Below, piece by piece: positions 45,227-59,663 of a DNA stretch of 64,000 nucleotides (positions are counted from its first letter, which is position 1; each line of letters begins with the position of its first letter). The stretch spans positions 4,340,001 through 4,404,000 of the forward strand of contig CM035358.1 of assembly GCA_020137815.1 (NCBI GenBank), in the 5' to 3' direction. A program made the position numbers and the translations under genes. A model generated the notes under the pieces. That model saw nothing but the letters and a program-made list of their open reading frames with translations, did not search any database and was not told the DNA's origin. This stretch comes from Hormiphora californensis. Taxonomy: Eukaryota; Animalia; Ctenophora.

Positions 45227-45990
45227 ACGGGTGACAACTAAAAATCTGGACTATTTTCTGTGAGCTCTAGCGCCGGCCCCGCTTGAGATACATCTTCAGG
45301 CCTGAGCTAGAACGATTTTTCAGACAATTTTGAATCAGAATAACACAACGGAAAAAACTAAAAAGTTCATTTTCATTGCGTTATCGCAACATTTCCTCTT
45401 GACCCACCAAAGCATGTGTACGGAGATTTGAGATTTCTGTGTGATCAGAAACGACCTTCCTGATGACATAAAATTCTCAAATTTGAAATAATGGTTGTTC
45501 ATGCCATAACCAACATAACTGCCAAGTTTCAACATTTTAGCTTATCGGGAAGTTGGTTTTCCACGTCATAAATGTTTCGAGAGATCATCAAAATGGCGAT
45601 TTCTCAAATTACCTGTAAACTACGCTTTGAAGGGTTTGTTACAGATGATTCTGTGATTAGAATTTAGATTATCGGAGTGTGAAATAAAGTTAATTTCGTT
45701 CAAAATCGTCTGAAAAATCATTCTATCGCTGCCCCGAAGCTGTATCTCAAAAAGAACAGGCGCTAGAGGTGCTAGAAAAGTGTGTAAATTTCAAGTACTA
45801 CATGCTTTGGTGGGTCAAGAGGAAATGATGCGATATCGCAATGAAAATGAACTTTTTAGTTTTTCCCGTTGTGTTATTCTGATTCAAAATTGTCTGAAAA
45901 ATCGCTCTATCACTGGCCTGAAACTGTATCTCAAGCGGGGCCGGCGCTAGGGCTTACAGAAAATTGTCCAGATTTTTAGTTGTCACCCGT
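45227..45990. mobile_element. 764-bp non-autonomous DNA transposon, TA TSD, ~190-bp TIRs (Tc1/mariner-like)
   Basis: TA|ACGGGTGACAACTAAAAATCTGG...CCAGATTTTTAGTTGTCACCCGT|TA; second copy at 55079. Confidence 0.88.
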
Positions 45991-46167
45991 TAATACCAGA
46001 CTATAATACCTACTTATTGGAAAACATTCAAAATCAAAACAATTAGTTGTTGGGATATCAAAAAAATTCTCAAAATCTCAAACAATCATTGACTATGCAA
46101 TGACTAGGAAGAGACTATTGTAAAAATGTAAACTGAAGCACACAAACTTCAAACGTTGCCAAAAAGT

Positions 46168-46249
46168 CGACGAGGATGGGATTCGAACCCACGCGGGAAA
46201 ATCCCAATGGATTAGCAGTCCATCGCCTTAACCACTCGGCCACCTCGTC
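46168..46249 (-). tRNA. tRNA-Ser(GCT)
   Basis: GACGAGGTGGCCGAGTGGTTAAGGCGATGGACTGCTAATCCAT...GGTTCGAATCCCATCCTCGTCG, 82 nt, long variable arm, T5 terminator. Confidence 0.96.
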
Positions 46250-46321
46250 GCTGCGACATTGGGGTACCATCGGTATCATATCCTGAATTGACCAATATAT
46301 CGATCGAAAAACAAAAAAGGT

Positions 46322-46403
46322 CGACGAGGATGGGATTCGAACCCACGCGGGAAATTCCCAATGGATTAGCAGTCCATCGCCTTAACCACTCGGCCACCTC
46401 GTC
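46322..46403 (-). tRNA. tRNA-Ser(GCT), second copy
   Basis: Identical to the 46168 copy except one variable-loop base; T6 terminator. Confidence 0.96.
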
Positions 46404-46704
46404 GCTGCAAAATATGCTATTCCGGGGTTTATATACACCAAGCATTGTACACGTGAACTCTTACCCATGTGTAAGTCTCCTACGAAAACAAGCATTTACC
46501 ACCACATGTAGTACCACAACACAATATGCGCCTATCCTTGTACAAAATGATGTAACTTTCTATAATACATACTACTGCATATTTGGTAGTTTAAAAAAGA
46601 GGGGGATCTCTCTGACTCTCTGTATGTACAAATTGGGATCATATTACTACCAGGTGCTACAGTTGTCATAGCAACACACACACACGGACATACCCACACA
46701 CAAA

Positions 46705-46808
46705 CTGACAACCAAAAAGAGTCCCTGACAACTAAAAAGAGACCCTGACAACCAAAAAGAGTCCCTGACAACTAAAAAGAGTCCCTGACAACTAAAAAGA
46801 GTCCCTGA
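46705..46808. repeat. 20-bp minisatellite overlapping the RGS gene stop codon
   Basis: (CTGACAACTAAAAAGAGTCC)~5. Confidence 0.9.
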
Positions 46809-49800
46809 CTACCGAACCCACTGAAGTCCGTTCCGAGTTGGCTTCTGAAAATGACCGATGATGGGAGACAGCTTGCCGTCGACGAGAGAGGTTCCGGGAA
46901 GGTACCGTTAATTTCTCACTAATCGATACAAGCTGGATCCGGTCAAAGTTGGTCCGACTTTGAGAGTAGCTCACCTTGCTTCGGTATGATTTACTGTAGG
47001 GAGAGAAAACTTGTATTAGAATTGGGTTTCCGCCTCTTTTCATTTCTCTCTGATATCTCACAATTCACTTTCTCACAAGTCACACCCCTTAACCTCTCCC
47101 TACCTACCTGCTACCCCTGCTGGCACTTGACTCCACGCTGGTGCGTCCACTTGGCCGTGAGCTACGTGACAGTTTCCTGGGATAAAAGGGTAAAGAATGT
47201 GGGTGCGCTAGTTAAGATATGTTTAATTCTAGTTGTGTGTGTCTTCAACATTGTTTCATGAATATTATGGATAGAAACCCCGTGGATGGAAAATGACATG
47301 CGCCAAGTCTATATAATTTATATACGGCAGACTTGGTGCTATTTATAAACATAATACAAAGGATACAACATATAAACAGGCGTGAAAGGCAAAAGATTGC
47401 GATCTTTTGCCTTTCACTCCTGTTATGTTGTGTGAGGAGAAAAAGGGAGAGGGCGGGAGAATAATTGTTAGACTCCTTTTGTTGTCTCATGAACTGCAGA
47501 TCGCTTTATCTACCCATGCATCTGATCGTTTATAGGTTCTACCTAGGTAATTATTTGCTATGTTCTAACCCTCCCTTTACATTTGTAACACAGTCTAGCC
47601 AGGCAAGTAATTATAACTATCTAGAACCTAGTAACACCTTAGTGACGCCGAGTGGGGCTCTAAAAACCTTGAAATTTACTCACTGGATTGGGCTAAACGC
47701 TGTCTTTAGTTTTGATGCCTTTGGCGCTATTTTCTCCGTTAGATACTCCCGGAAGGCAGCGTCATCTTTGAACATGCCCTTATCAAGTATGTCCTTGAGC
47801 AGCTCTCGTTTCCGTTTCTCGCTCTCTCCCAGTTCGATCTGGACAGTGTCAGACAACTTCCAGTGTACCGTCGGGATAAACTCCTCAATCTGTCAAGAAA
47901 GGGGGTCAGCTGGTTAGAAATAAAAGTGGGTTGGGGAGGGGTGTTGGATAATTATCTACAGAAAGGGCCAGTATGGACTAGAGAAGGCTAGTCTGAAGTG
48001 GAGGGACGTCGTGGAAAATGAGTGGGAAAAAAGGAAGAAAAAAGTGAAGAAAAAGTTAGACGAAAGATGCTAAAAATAGTGACATATGGTGAAGCATAAT
48101 TAGGGCTAGGAGGTCGGCTGAATATATGAAACATAACTTTTTCCCACATAAAATATCATAAAATTACTATATGAGCCCAGCCTACAATTATCACTTATTG
48201 CTAGTATATTTAGTAGTTTATTAGTCTGGTTTATTAACTCTTTGTAACTAACCAACCACCTTCCCCCTGAACTTTTGATTGAACTTACCTTTTCAACCCT
48301 TGTTTTGTTCAAAAAGGGTCGAGCAAGGTAACCACCTCCCCTGCGCTGAACTGACCTTTTCAACGGTTTGTTTGATTTCTGAAGTTGTTGTCGATGACGC
48401 CACTGAAGTCACCCTACTAGTTCTCTTGAATCCAGTGGTAGATGACCTGATGGGGTTTTGTTTTGATCAACCCAGGGAGGGAGGGTCGAACAAGGCAAAT
48501 GGGGTTGTACTTGTTAGAATTACCTTATTACCGAAATATCAATTGAGGACCTAAAATTAACGTTAATTTATATAACACGCTAATTATATACCAACTATAA
48601 CAACACAACACTTTTTGATGTTAGTTTTAGGTAAGTTAATTTTAGGTAAGTTAATTTTAATTCCCTTGATATTTCGGTAATAAGGTAGTCACGTACTATG
48701 CAATGACGAGCTACCTTTAAAACAACTAAATATTAGGATCAGTTGTTCAAGAGAGAGAATATTTGTATAAAAGAGGAATAGATCGAGGGAGTACATATAT
48801 GTATAGTTTTACATATATTTTTAGCTTCGAGGTTCATACTCATGCATAATATCTCCACCATCGATCATAATTCATTTAGTGATTAGTCTAGCCATATTTT
48901 ATCAGCTGTCAATACAAGTCATAAGAACTGACTTAGACTATAAGACGTGTTGCAATATATTGAATTGTTGAGTAACAAATATTGAGTTGATAAAACCAGA
49001 ACTGAATTGCTTTGCTCTCGACCCTGTTTCTGAAACAGGGTCGAGCGTGATAATATTATAGATGTTGCTATTACCTGTTTGCTGTTTCGAAGAACGCCCT
49101 CTCTCGCTCCTCTTCCTTCTGCTTCTGTCTCAACAACTGTTTCACCAGTTTCTTCTGCTGATTTTCCATTTCCAGCTGGGTAAAGGGCAGTGGTTCGTCC
49201 TTGTGCTTGGCACACCACGAGGTAAACTCTCCCCATAACCCGATCAGAACCTTGTTGACCAGGGTTTGGGCCTGCCGGAAGATGTACGGTCCGAGGTCGT
49301 ACCGAGACTCGGCTATCTTAACCGCTATCTCGTTTGGTACGCTGATTTGCACTTTTGGCGGTATGGTTGAGTCAAGGAAACAATCAATGATAGTGTCTAT
49401 TTTCTTCCTAATCAGAGAGGTAGATGAGTGCCTGTGGTGGATGTCTTTATACCGCTGGACTTCTACCCAGAATTCTATGTCTCTTAGTAACCGGTCATTC
49501 TTGGCCCGGGCATACCTTCTCAGTGGTTCACACCGCGTGTTGTCCATCAACGTCTTCCGCAGTTGCAGCAAATCATGAGCATTTGCACGTGATTTCGCGT
49601 CAACAAATACAAATGTTTGAGACATTTCCCCGCCGCCCTTGTACCTCCGGCCCAGGGAACTCCCAGCTCGATCATGCCGGCGCTGGTACTCCTCTGATGC
49701 TCGGTATGCCTTCACCCATTTGTTGCAAAGTCTCTGGCTAACAAATTTCTGCACCTCCAGAAGAGTCGGGGAGGGTGGACGAGGGGGCATCTTGTGTCCT

Positions 49801-51362
49801 GATCCTCCAAGAATCCTGATCTGGGCGTCTCGGGGAGCGGGGGACGTTGGGCCGAAGAAGTACCGTTTGGTTAGGTAACTCTGCTTGATTTTCATTGCCA
49901 GCTCATCCCTCGCAGCAGGTTTATCTTTAGCCAACTTGAACTTCTCGATTTCAATAAAACAGTCGAGATCAGCGAGGGGTCCCGCGGGGCCAGCTCTCTC
50001 CTCGGACGACTCCCCACTTTGGGGTCTGGTGGGAGGTGCAGCAGATGCCATGATATGCCCCTGTTGAACAAGAAACTGCTTGAACCTCTCAAACTCATCC
50101 CTGCTCCGTAGAATGTTGGAAAGGTGAGCCTCCGAGCTGTGATCTTTCTTCACACCACCGGCCTGTCTCATCATGCCCTCTCCCATCTTGTCTTCCTTCT
50201 CGGTGGTGGGTGTGGACGATGATGTGGTTGTCAGGGTAACCAGCGGGGTTGCAGGGGGAGGAGGGGTGGAGCTGATTGAGGGGCAGTAACTCTCCTCTGG
50301 GATATCATCGAACATGTGAATGTACTGGCTGTAGAATCGTTGTAACCATGGTAACAGGGAGTGAAGAGCGAACTCTACCGCCCCATCAAAGAGATCATCG
50401 TAGGGTGGATTTGCAGAGTTTTTAATTTGTTCTAACAATTTAGATGGGATTTGAACGTAGTGTTTCCCACCCGGCATCAGGAAGTTGGATATAACCTTCC
50501 AAGCGGAACGGTTAGCCCAAAGCGTGTCGACAGAGGTGTGACTGAATCCATTGTAAAACGAAAAGCACGCCTTTATGAATGACAGGTAACCAGTGTGTTC
50601 AAATGCCTTCTCTGACAGGAGATAATTCTGAAACACATGACCAGATAACTCCTCATAACTAATAACACTAACAGCTAGACCTCTCCATTGTTCGGGGTTC
50701 ATGTCCCCATCACACGATGCGAGCTCTGTCTCTAACTCAGCTTGGGAGGGACGAGTTAGGTCCAGTCTGGGAGCCCAATATCGCGCAATATTCCGAACTA
50801 TCCGATCCATAAGGTCACCTCTATTTTCACAGTAACTCACACAGGAGACATGGCACACAGGGTTAGGTCTAAAGAAACGTAACCGTACCGCCTGTTTGGA
50901 GCCTTTTGAAGAGCTTTTGTAGACTTCAACCCAGCACAGATACTCCTTATACCCCTCAGTCAGGGCAAGTTTCTCCATAAAGTTGACCACATTTTCCCAG
51001 CTGGTCAGTTTCTTGGCCAAGTGTTGGTTGAGGGAAATCACGAAGAGATAGGTGAAGTAAACACCACTTTGGTAAAAAGAGGCCAGGTTTATTGTGGAGC
51101 ACGTTTCAGGGAAGCTCTTGTGGGAGATAATTCGTCGAGCGGAGGGTAGATCGGAGAAGGTGCAATTGTAAACCGGCTGGTAGACCTTGTTCCAATGTCT
51201 CCGGTCGTATCTGTGGACCTCATAAAAGGTCTGGTCTCGTCTGTCAAAGTAGAGACACCGGGGAAAGGTTGGGAGTGAGAGGAAGGAGTTGAATGCACCT
51301 GTCAGGAGGACTTCCTCTGCGATAGCTTCAATTTCATCCTGTACTGAATACCGGTTTATCAT
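46792..51362 (-). CDS. Multi-RGS-domain protein (RGS22/RGSL-like)
   Basis: Exons 51362-49075, 48446-48356, 47889-47684, 47176-47108, 46993-46792 are GT-AG and phase-compatible. RGS-like motifs FKQFL..DLDCFIEIEKFK..IKQSYL and LRRYA..DIEFWVEVQRYK..IIDCFLDS..QISVP..IFRQAQ. Further upstream exons are possible. Confidence 0.8.
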
Positions 51363-52582
51363 GACGGCTAGACAGTTGAAAAGTGGTGTTAGTACGTCGG
51401 TTTTAAGGAAATAGGACGGAAAAAAAGAAATGGTAAGCCTCATTTGGTTATGAAATAACCCCTTCGCACGCTGGCAAGGGAGGGGTAACTTCGTAACTAA
51501 AAGCCTCATCGGGTATAGTACGGATAAGAAGAAGAAGTATGTATGACATTGTTATACATATATAGTGATCACATGACTCATGAGTGCCAACTGCCAAGAT
51601 TGTGTATAAACTATAAAGCCGTACATAATACATAACATTTAGATAAATAGATCATTAGAGCACAGTACTGTCATGTTATAAGCTCCGGTCTCAGTTACAG
51701 CTTTCAATATCTCTGTTTAGCGGTCCCTATCCTCAACCCTCTTGTTTGCACTATCGCTCACCCAGCTCCAACGTTTCTCTTGTGTCTCACCATATCTCTA
51801 TATCTCTAACTCTCTCTCTCCCTCGCTCCCGCTCTCTTCCTATCTCTCTTTCCTTCGCCAATAAACTCCTCCACTAATGAGATATTTTAATGTTATGTAC
51901 ACGGCATGATCACTTATGAAACTTGTCGCCCTGAGCTTCATAAGTGATCATGCCTGCTTTTAAGAGTAAATAAAAGCAGAGAGGGGGAAGAGGAGGAGAG
52001 AGACATAGAGATAGATAGAGTCTAGAGATAGGAGTGATGTGTATTTTTATTCCTTGGACGCATGGCTATATGTGGTTGATCAGATTGCCAGTAAATGCTT
52101 TGTCTGTAATTGACTGTATTTAGTTACACATGTTTGTAAAACTAGGCCGCATTAAAAACTCATTAAGATGTTGGAATGATGATCAGTAGAAGAAGAAGGT
52201 CATCACATTATTCTGATTTGTACCACTACCACGTACCGTTTGACCATGTTAGGCCATGGGAGGGATTTGCTGCACTATTCTGGGACCTACAACAAAAGCC
52301 TGCGTGTATTATATATAATATATCCTTTCAATAAGCTAAATTATATGACCCCCCAATTGCACGCCCCCTCAGCCTCTGTCTATCTCTCACTATATTCCCA
52401 AGTATCTCTCCAACATCTCTCGCTATGTTTTTCATGTCTCTCTCCCATATCTCTCGCTATGTTTCCCATGTCTCTCTCCAAAGGGGGCACCTCACCACAC
52501 AGAGCATGCTGTTTTTGCTGAGTATAATATGCGTGATTTGCTGATTTAGAGATAGACTAGAGGGAGATAGGCAGAGGGAGAC

Positions 52583-52584
<2 letters not shown>

Positions 52585-52666
<82 letters not shown>

Positions 52667-52672
52667 GAGAGA
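52585..52672. repeat. (GA)n microsatellite
   Basis: Direct observation. Confidence 0.95.
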
Positions 52673-53314
52673 GGGTTCCTTGCCCGCAATGTATATGCTC
52701 CCGGCCTTTTGTACGCTTTTCTTGAGCCAGGTCCCGGGACAGGTCAAGTGCAATAGTAGATCTGGGATCCTATAATAGATCCAAGTAGTCTTACTGTCGT
52801 TCATAATCAGCTGGACGTTTCTGTCAGTGTCACTCATGTGTTAACTAAGCTACTATGTATCCAATGTGACGACTACGAATACCTATGGGTAGTCAGGCAT
52901 AAATATTATAATAGTTATGCCTGAGTAAGTGCTTATAATATATATACGTAACAAGCCAAAGTTATTATTTTGCTAGAAATATTCCAACAATTCCGCATGT
53001 ATAATGGGCTATGAATTGTTTGTAACGATATTTCCCGTGCACCGAATAGCCCGGCCAGCTTACCCTAGCGATATTATTTAGGTTTGTCTTTGTTTGGTCC
53101 CGTGTCTCTATAAACGTGAGCTGGAATTCTTTGTTCCCTAACACACCACTGTATAATAAACACACCGTGCTGCATGTACCATGTATAACGTTAGAGAGAG
53201 CACGTAACAATCGGCTTCATTGAAGCATGACGCTAGGTCTACCAGCTGAGTTTTATAATGGTAAACATCTATGGAATATTTATAAGTTGGAATATTAATA
53301 GGTTGGTACATGCA

Positions 53315-53489
53315 GTGCGGGGGGGGGGGGGTTCTACCTCTGCAACTCTGTTTACAGCGGGTGGTGCGGGGGGGGGGGGGGTTCTACCTCTGCAACTCTG
53401 TTTACAGCGGGTGGTGCGGGGGGGGGGGGGGGGGTACTGCAACTCTGTTTACAGCGGGGGGGGGGGTCTACCTCTGCAACTCTGTTTAC
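53315..53489. repeat. ~45-49-bp G-tract tandem repeat, 4 copies
   Basis: (G)n-TCTACCTCTGCAACTCTGTTTACAGCGGG repeated. Confidence 0.85.
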
Positions 53490-55078
53490 ATGAGTTATGT
53501 TAATTGTTATGTTAATTATTATCGGTATCCAGACCCCCTCCTCTCTCGTTCATGTTGCACAGAGATGCAATATCTATTGTTCCCTATATTTGGCATCAAA
53601 TGTTTCCCTCTATATTCAATTATCGTCTACCAGTCTGCACATTTATATACAGATCTTATCTATGCATAACCAATTGAGTTTCATTCTGTACCAGCTCCCG
53701 ACCCGGTACAGCACTCTCTAGTCTCTGTGGCCGGTACCACTTCAACGGATCTTATCTACATATAAGTATATATATACCGCGAGTGCACATATCACTCCCG
53801 CTGTGCGCGACCATTTGCACGCTGAAATATGCACTGTGCTTCCGCGGGAGCGTGCAGATATGGAGGCAGAGGGATATAAGTAAGAAATGTGTTCTCGCAG
53901 TGTTTTTACACACAAACACACAGAATATGACTGACAAGGTACTACACGACACACAGTCTGCCATTTTACACTCACTCTCCCTCTTTCTCTCACTAATTAT
54001 CCCCTTATCACGTTTTGTTGTTTGCTATTTCCAAGAATTCCAATCTCCCTCTCTCGCATCTCTCTCTTTATCTCTCTTCTTTTCACTGTTTCAAACTATC
54101 AGACCTTGTCTCCCTTGTGTGTAACCGGTGTAGAAGTGTATTTTTGTCTAGTTTTGCTTAGTTTGTACCTTGTTTTGTCACATCTCTCTGTGTGTAATCA
54201 CCCAAAATTATGATTGTTTTGCTTGTCATGTGTTTTCTCGCGGAATATATACTCAATAACGTCCTGCACAGCATGTGCAACCGCTCCTATATCGCACTCG
54301 TTACACTCGTGCAATATAGGTGTGAAATGCACTCCAGCTGCGCTGTCGTGCATTTCACCTCCATATACGCTCTGCAGTGCAGAGCGTATATGGCGCGCTT
54401 GCACTGCGTGCAGAACGTTATGTACTATATATTTATCTGTGATTTTATTGTTGCCAATGCATGTGATATTCCTTATAGGAAGTCTAACTAATGAGCCAAC
54501 ATAGTGTCTCTAATTGCACTGATGTTTATTATAGCTGCGATTAAGCACACATTATAGACCATTTACCATTATATTGCGGTCACACTACCAGGATCATTTC
54601 CTGTCTAATCTGGTGGTTTGCCATGTTATAGGGAGTGGCTACTATATAAACAGGCGCATGATAGATATATAATGGAGAGATCAATATATGTCCATACCCG
54701 TCCAAATTAATCTCTATATATAGGTGTGTGTGTTTTTGCCCGATATGTACCTAATGCAGTATTATTATATAACTCCCGTCTCCCAGTGTCCTCTTTGGGC
54801 ACGGTGTACTTTCTCTTTTACAGTGCTGCTTGTAATGCGTCTTCTTGCCGTGTTTCACTGATTAGCCGATACTGCATATTCTCACTACTGTAGTGAGAAT
54901 ACGGTATCGGTTAAACACGGTATCAGTGAAACGCATTACAAGCTTGCAACAAGCGACACTGTTCCCCTTGAGATACGTGCACGACAGATATCAACAGCGT
55001 GGGAAAGAGTGTCTTCCTTCAATACAATGTTTAACTCTGCACTGCTCTCACTCTACTGTTATTCCAACTTTCTTACTA

Positions 55079-55843
55079 ACGGGTGACAACTAAAAATCTG
55101 GACACTTTTCTGTGAGCTCTAGCGCCGTCCCCGTTTGAGATACAGCTTCAGGCCAGTGATAGAACGATTTTTCAGACAATTTTGAATCAGAATAACACAA
55201 CGGGAAAGACTTTAAAGTTCATTTTCATTGCGATATCGCATCACTTCCTCTTGCCCCACCAAAGCATGTATTACGTGAAATTTACACACTTTTCTAGCAC
55301 CTCTAGCGCCTGTTCTTTTTGAGATACAGCTTCGGGGCAGCGATAGAATGATTTTTTCAGACAATTTGAACGAAATTAACTTTGTTTCACACTCCGTTAA
55401 TCTCAATTCTGATCACAGAATCATCTGTAACAAACCTTTCAAATCGTAGTTTACAGGTAATTTGAGAAATCGCCATTTTGACGATCTCTCGAAACATTTA
55501 TGACATGGAAAACCAACTTCCTGATAAGCTAAAATGTTGTAACTTGGCAGTTATGTTGGTTATGGCATGAACTACCAGACTTCCAATTTTGAGAATTATA
55601 TTTCACCGGGAAGGTTGTTTTTGATCACATAGAAATCTCAAATCTCCGTACTACATGCTTTGGTGGGTCAAGAGGAAATGATGCGATATGGCAATGAAAA
55701 TGAACTTTTCAGTCTTTCCAGTTATGTTATTCTGATTCAAAATTGTCTGAAAATTCGTTCTATCACTGGCCCGAAGCTGTATCTCAAATGTGACCGGCGC
55801 TAGAGCTCACAGAAAAATGTCCAGATTTTTAGTTGTCACCCGT
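55079..55843. mobile_element. Second, inverted copy of the 764-bp TA-TSD element
   Basis: Same TIRs and TA flanks; interior is reverse-complementary to 45227-45990. Confidence 0.88.
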
Positions 55844-57670
55844 TACTTCCTTGTTCCTTCTATACAATTATATAACTTTAGGAAAATTGATATAATATAT
55901 AGTACATACTATGAATACTGAATAGTACTATGATATATCTATTTTCCTGAATCGCTTTGAGCTTACAATCATTATAATGATAAATTATATGCGTTTTCCA
56001 ACGATATTATAAAATTAATGCCATCTTGTGGTTTAGCTATAGAGATTAGAATCACGTGCAGTTAATAGTTGTTATACGTATAATGAGAAAGTTTATCCTT
56101 AACCCTCTAGAACACATCTTTTTCTCCCTTTCTGATCTCCCTCTCTCCCTCTTTCTCCCTCTCTATATCTCTCCCTCTCTCAATCTCTCTCTCTCATATC
56201 CTCTCCTTGTCTTGTGGTTGAAAATGAATCCAAGCTTATGAACGGAAACCGATATAGATCATCAATCTCACTACAACGCACGTGCATAAAATGGCCCACG
56301 TATTTATAAGCGCTTATTCCTTCCACATCCATCCTATCGCTCGTTTTGTTTTTCCCAGGTTTACTCAGCTTATAACATACCTTCTTTACTACCTCATCAT
56401 ACCTCCTTACTACTACATTAATTGGATTGATCACGGCTGACAAACATTTGTCTTGATTTGCTATTTTATTAGCCTATTCTTCTCCTCATAACAGTGCTGC
56501 TTGTTATAGTGGGGAATGGGAATACGGTACCTGGTCAACACGGTTTGTCGATTTGCTGTTTTTTAGCCTACTTTTCTTCTCATTAGATCATGATGAAATT
56601 TCCGCTCATCTTTCATTTCCTTATTATATCCAGTTAAGACAAATCTACCCTTGGCTTTGCACGATATCTTCAAGGATTAGAGGCAAATTCATACTGCTTT
56701 CATGATAATCAATTCTTTATCACTCTGTATTTTTCATCATGCATGATGCGAGGCTGTTCATTAATTCTAGGTTTATCTAAGCTAATCATATTGGCCTTAC
56801 CCGAACCTTTATAGCGAGACTTTACTATGATTAATCAAGGTTTTCAAGGTACAGCCTTATTGTATTGCACTCACTACACATGATCCTTGGAAGGAACCTG
56901 GTCCGATCCTACAACTCATGAACGGCCGGAAGATGGCTTTATGTTCCATGAACCCACATGGAGTACTAATCCTAGATTAGAGGATGGTAACTCAAAATCA
57001 TGATTCACGGTTATTTTCATTTGAATAATAATAAATCTTCGTGGGGAGAAGTTCTTATTTTTTGGTCTTTCAATGGTAGTACGTTATATTTACCTACAGA
57101 CTATAATAAGTGGAAACATGTAAATTATTTAGTATTAACCTACACTACAGTCCCAACGCTCGTACTACAGTCCCAACGCTCGTACCATTATTCAATACGA
57201 TCTAAATGTCATTTACAGTCAACACAGATAATGAAGACACATAATAATACGACAGGGTAGCTTCCACGCCATGCTATTGTCATAGCTCCACCTTTTAATT
57301 ACTGTACCAAATGAACTATATGAGCGTGGCACGGTATATGAATTGTTCTACACAGACATGGCACCACTATTAATATATATATATACTTGGCACGCCCATG
57401 CTTTATAATAGCTACAGATACTTTCTTTAAACAGTGCTCGTGGCAGAAGAGAGAAGAATGGATACGATAGAGATGGAACGTTAGAGATGCATATAGGATA
57501 TAAGAGATAAAACCATTTGCGTTTAAGCACCATTATCCTATGCTAGTGGCACATGATGAGGCGGATAATAGGCTGCTTAGAGACATGGTCAAGCTCTGTT
57601 AACAAGCGGGTATAAGCTTGCTGTTATATACTTGCTGTTAAGTGTAATGAATCTCTCTACGTTCCTGTTG

Positions 57671-58216
57671 TACTATGTGGTCATGTCCGATAGGCTCGCG
57701 AGATCGGGTACCGGACAGAAACTCGAACGGACGATAACTCGAACTCGAACTCGAAAATTTCGGACTATAACTCACTTTTGAAAATCTCGAATTTAGGTGA
57801 GTTATAGTCCGGATCTGGTGACTTTCTGTCCGCCCCACTATTTAGGGTGAGTTAGAGTCCAAAAGGACATTAACTCACCTCTCATGGGAACTCGAGATTT
57901 CGGCCGATAGGCCGGAAACGAGAGTTCACTGGTTTATATTCCCTTAGTAGTGTTAGGGTTATTGTTTGGGTTCGAGGTTAGGGCTGTATTAGGGTTGGGT
58001 TGGGTTTTACGGTAAAAACCAGGTGAGTTTCAATTTCGACATTTTGTCCTAGCTATCGACTTTTTGTCCTAGCAAAAAGTCGAAAATAAAGCGGACAGAA
58101 AGTCACCAAAAAATAAAAAGTCGACGCCAATTTTCGGACAATAACTCACTTTCGAGTTACAGTCCAGGTGAGTTACAGTCCTAGAGCCGCGAGATCTAGT
58201 GATTGACCACATAGTG
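57671..58216. mobile_element. CACTA-like mini element with a nested TTAGGG-motif element
   Basis: (T)ACTATGTGGTCA...TGACCACATAGTG with TG flanks. The inner ~57706-58187 segment is flanked by a 9-bp duplication CGCGAGATC and contains GTTAGGG motifs and GGAC-N4-AACTC repeats. Confidence 0.6.
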
Positions 58217-59604
58217 TGTTGTACTGTAACTTATAATAACTATAGAGGTGGAGTTTGTACAATTATCATATACATAACAAAGGCTCATAATTCCCGGTAA
58301 AGATCAAATAATATATATCACGTGACTTACATATTATTAGTTTTCCTTTGTTATTTTTTATTCATTTGGAGTCTACATACATTGATGATTGAACAGATAA
58401 TATGTTATTGCTAATAACATTGTCATGATTTTTTATTCAGCTGTTTTTTCTTCACCGACTGGTGTTTTATATTTTATCTCCTAAACTTTCACATTTCGGC
58501 TTCTGTAGTGTCATTTCGCTAGGGCACAATACATATACGAGTGTCATTTTACCGTAAAAACGTACGTTCTTTTTCTTCCGTTTTCTTTGTTGATATTTAT
58601 CCTACACAGAGGTGACACTTATTTTAATTTGACCGTGGTCTCATTTTTTCCTAACTCCAACCACTAAACTATTTTTAATTTTTCGCCACAAAGCGTTTAA
58701 CTAATTTACATCTTAACTAATTTACATCTTTAGAATGAGAACATATATAATGATCCGTGATTCATTATTCATTAAGTCTTTAAAATGTATTTTGTCGGCA
58801 TTCATGCTTGACATTCATGCTTGACTTAAAGTGTGCATGGTACTCTGAAGGTATTGAGCACGTCACGCCCCTCTGTTCATACACCTACTAAAGGTGAGGC
58901 AAATATATCTGAGAGCTACACTATAATAGCTGGAGATTTGATCTAGATTGGGGGCTGTGGTAATAAATCAACAATTTTGTTTACTATTTCTCTCTCTCCA
59001 CTATCCTGTGATACACACTCTACTCTGGCCTCCTCTGATCTTGCCCCTTTTGTGTTTTCCTGCAACATATTGACCGTCTAAATCCCGGTACTAATATAAT
59101 ACCCCATTCCATTATAATAGGTTATTAGTTTAGTCCCGTGTTTTAACTCTGTTTCGCAATGGATATAGTGTGGATTGTCCCATATCTCTTTTAGCTTCTC
59201 ACAGCTCTCTCCCATGCTCATTAAGTAATGAAGACTAGCAATCACTTTTATCCCGGATCTTATTATCTATAGGTGTCTCCATATCCCCATATGATAATGC
59301 GATTTATGCATCCCTCATCATGAAGACTAAGAATGTGCTATAAAACGTATCACAGCTCCACACCTCATTCTGCGGATAGCTTTTCTTTTCCTGTTCTATT
59401 AATTAAGTCGTGGTAACGATTACGATCAGATATATGATGTCTCCGTAAAAGTTAAATATTCTCAGTTCAATATTTGTTTGTCCAATAGAATTATGCATAG
59501 GATGATATCATGGGAATAAATTCTCCGAGATACATTTGCACGTGCCATGTATCAACAAAGATTATTGATAAACAGATTGTCTTATTCTATCTGAACTCTC
59601 TTAT

Positions 59605-59640
<36 letters not shown>

Positions 59641-59663
59641 CTGAATGTATTTTAATTGTCACA

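Noticed and set aside
54225-54440. Degenerate inverted repeat as a possible miRNA or ncRNA
   Set aside because: Too many mismatches and a related fragment at ~53760-53900; most likely a decayed MITE.
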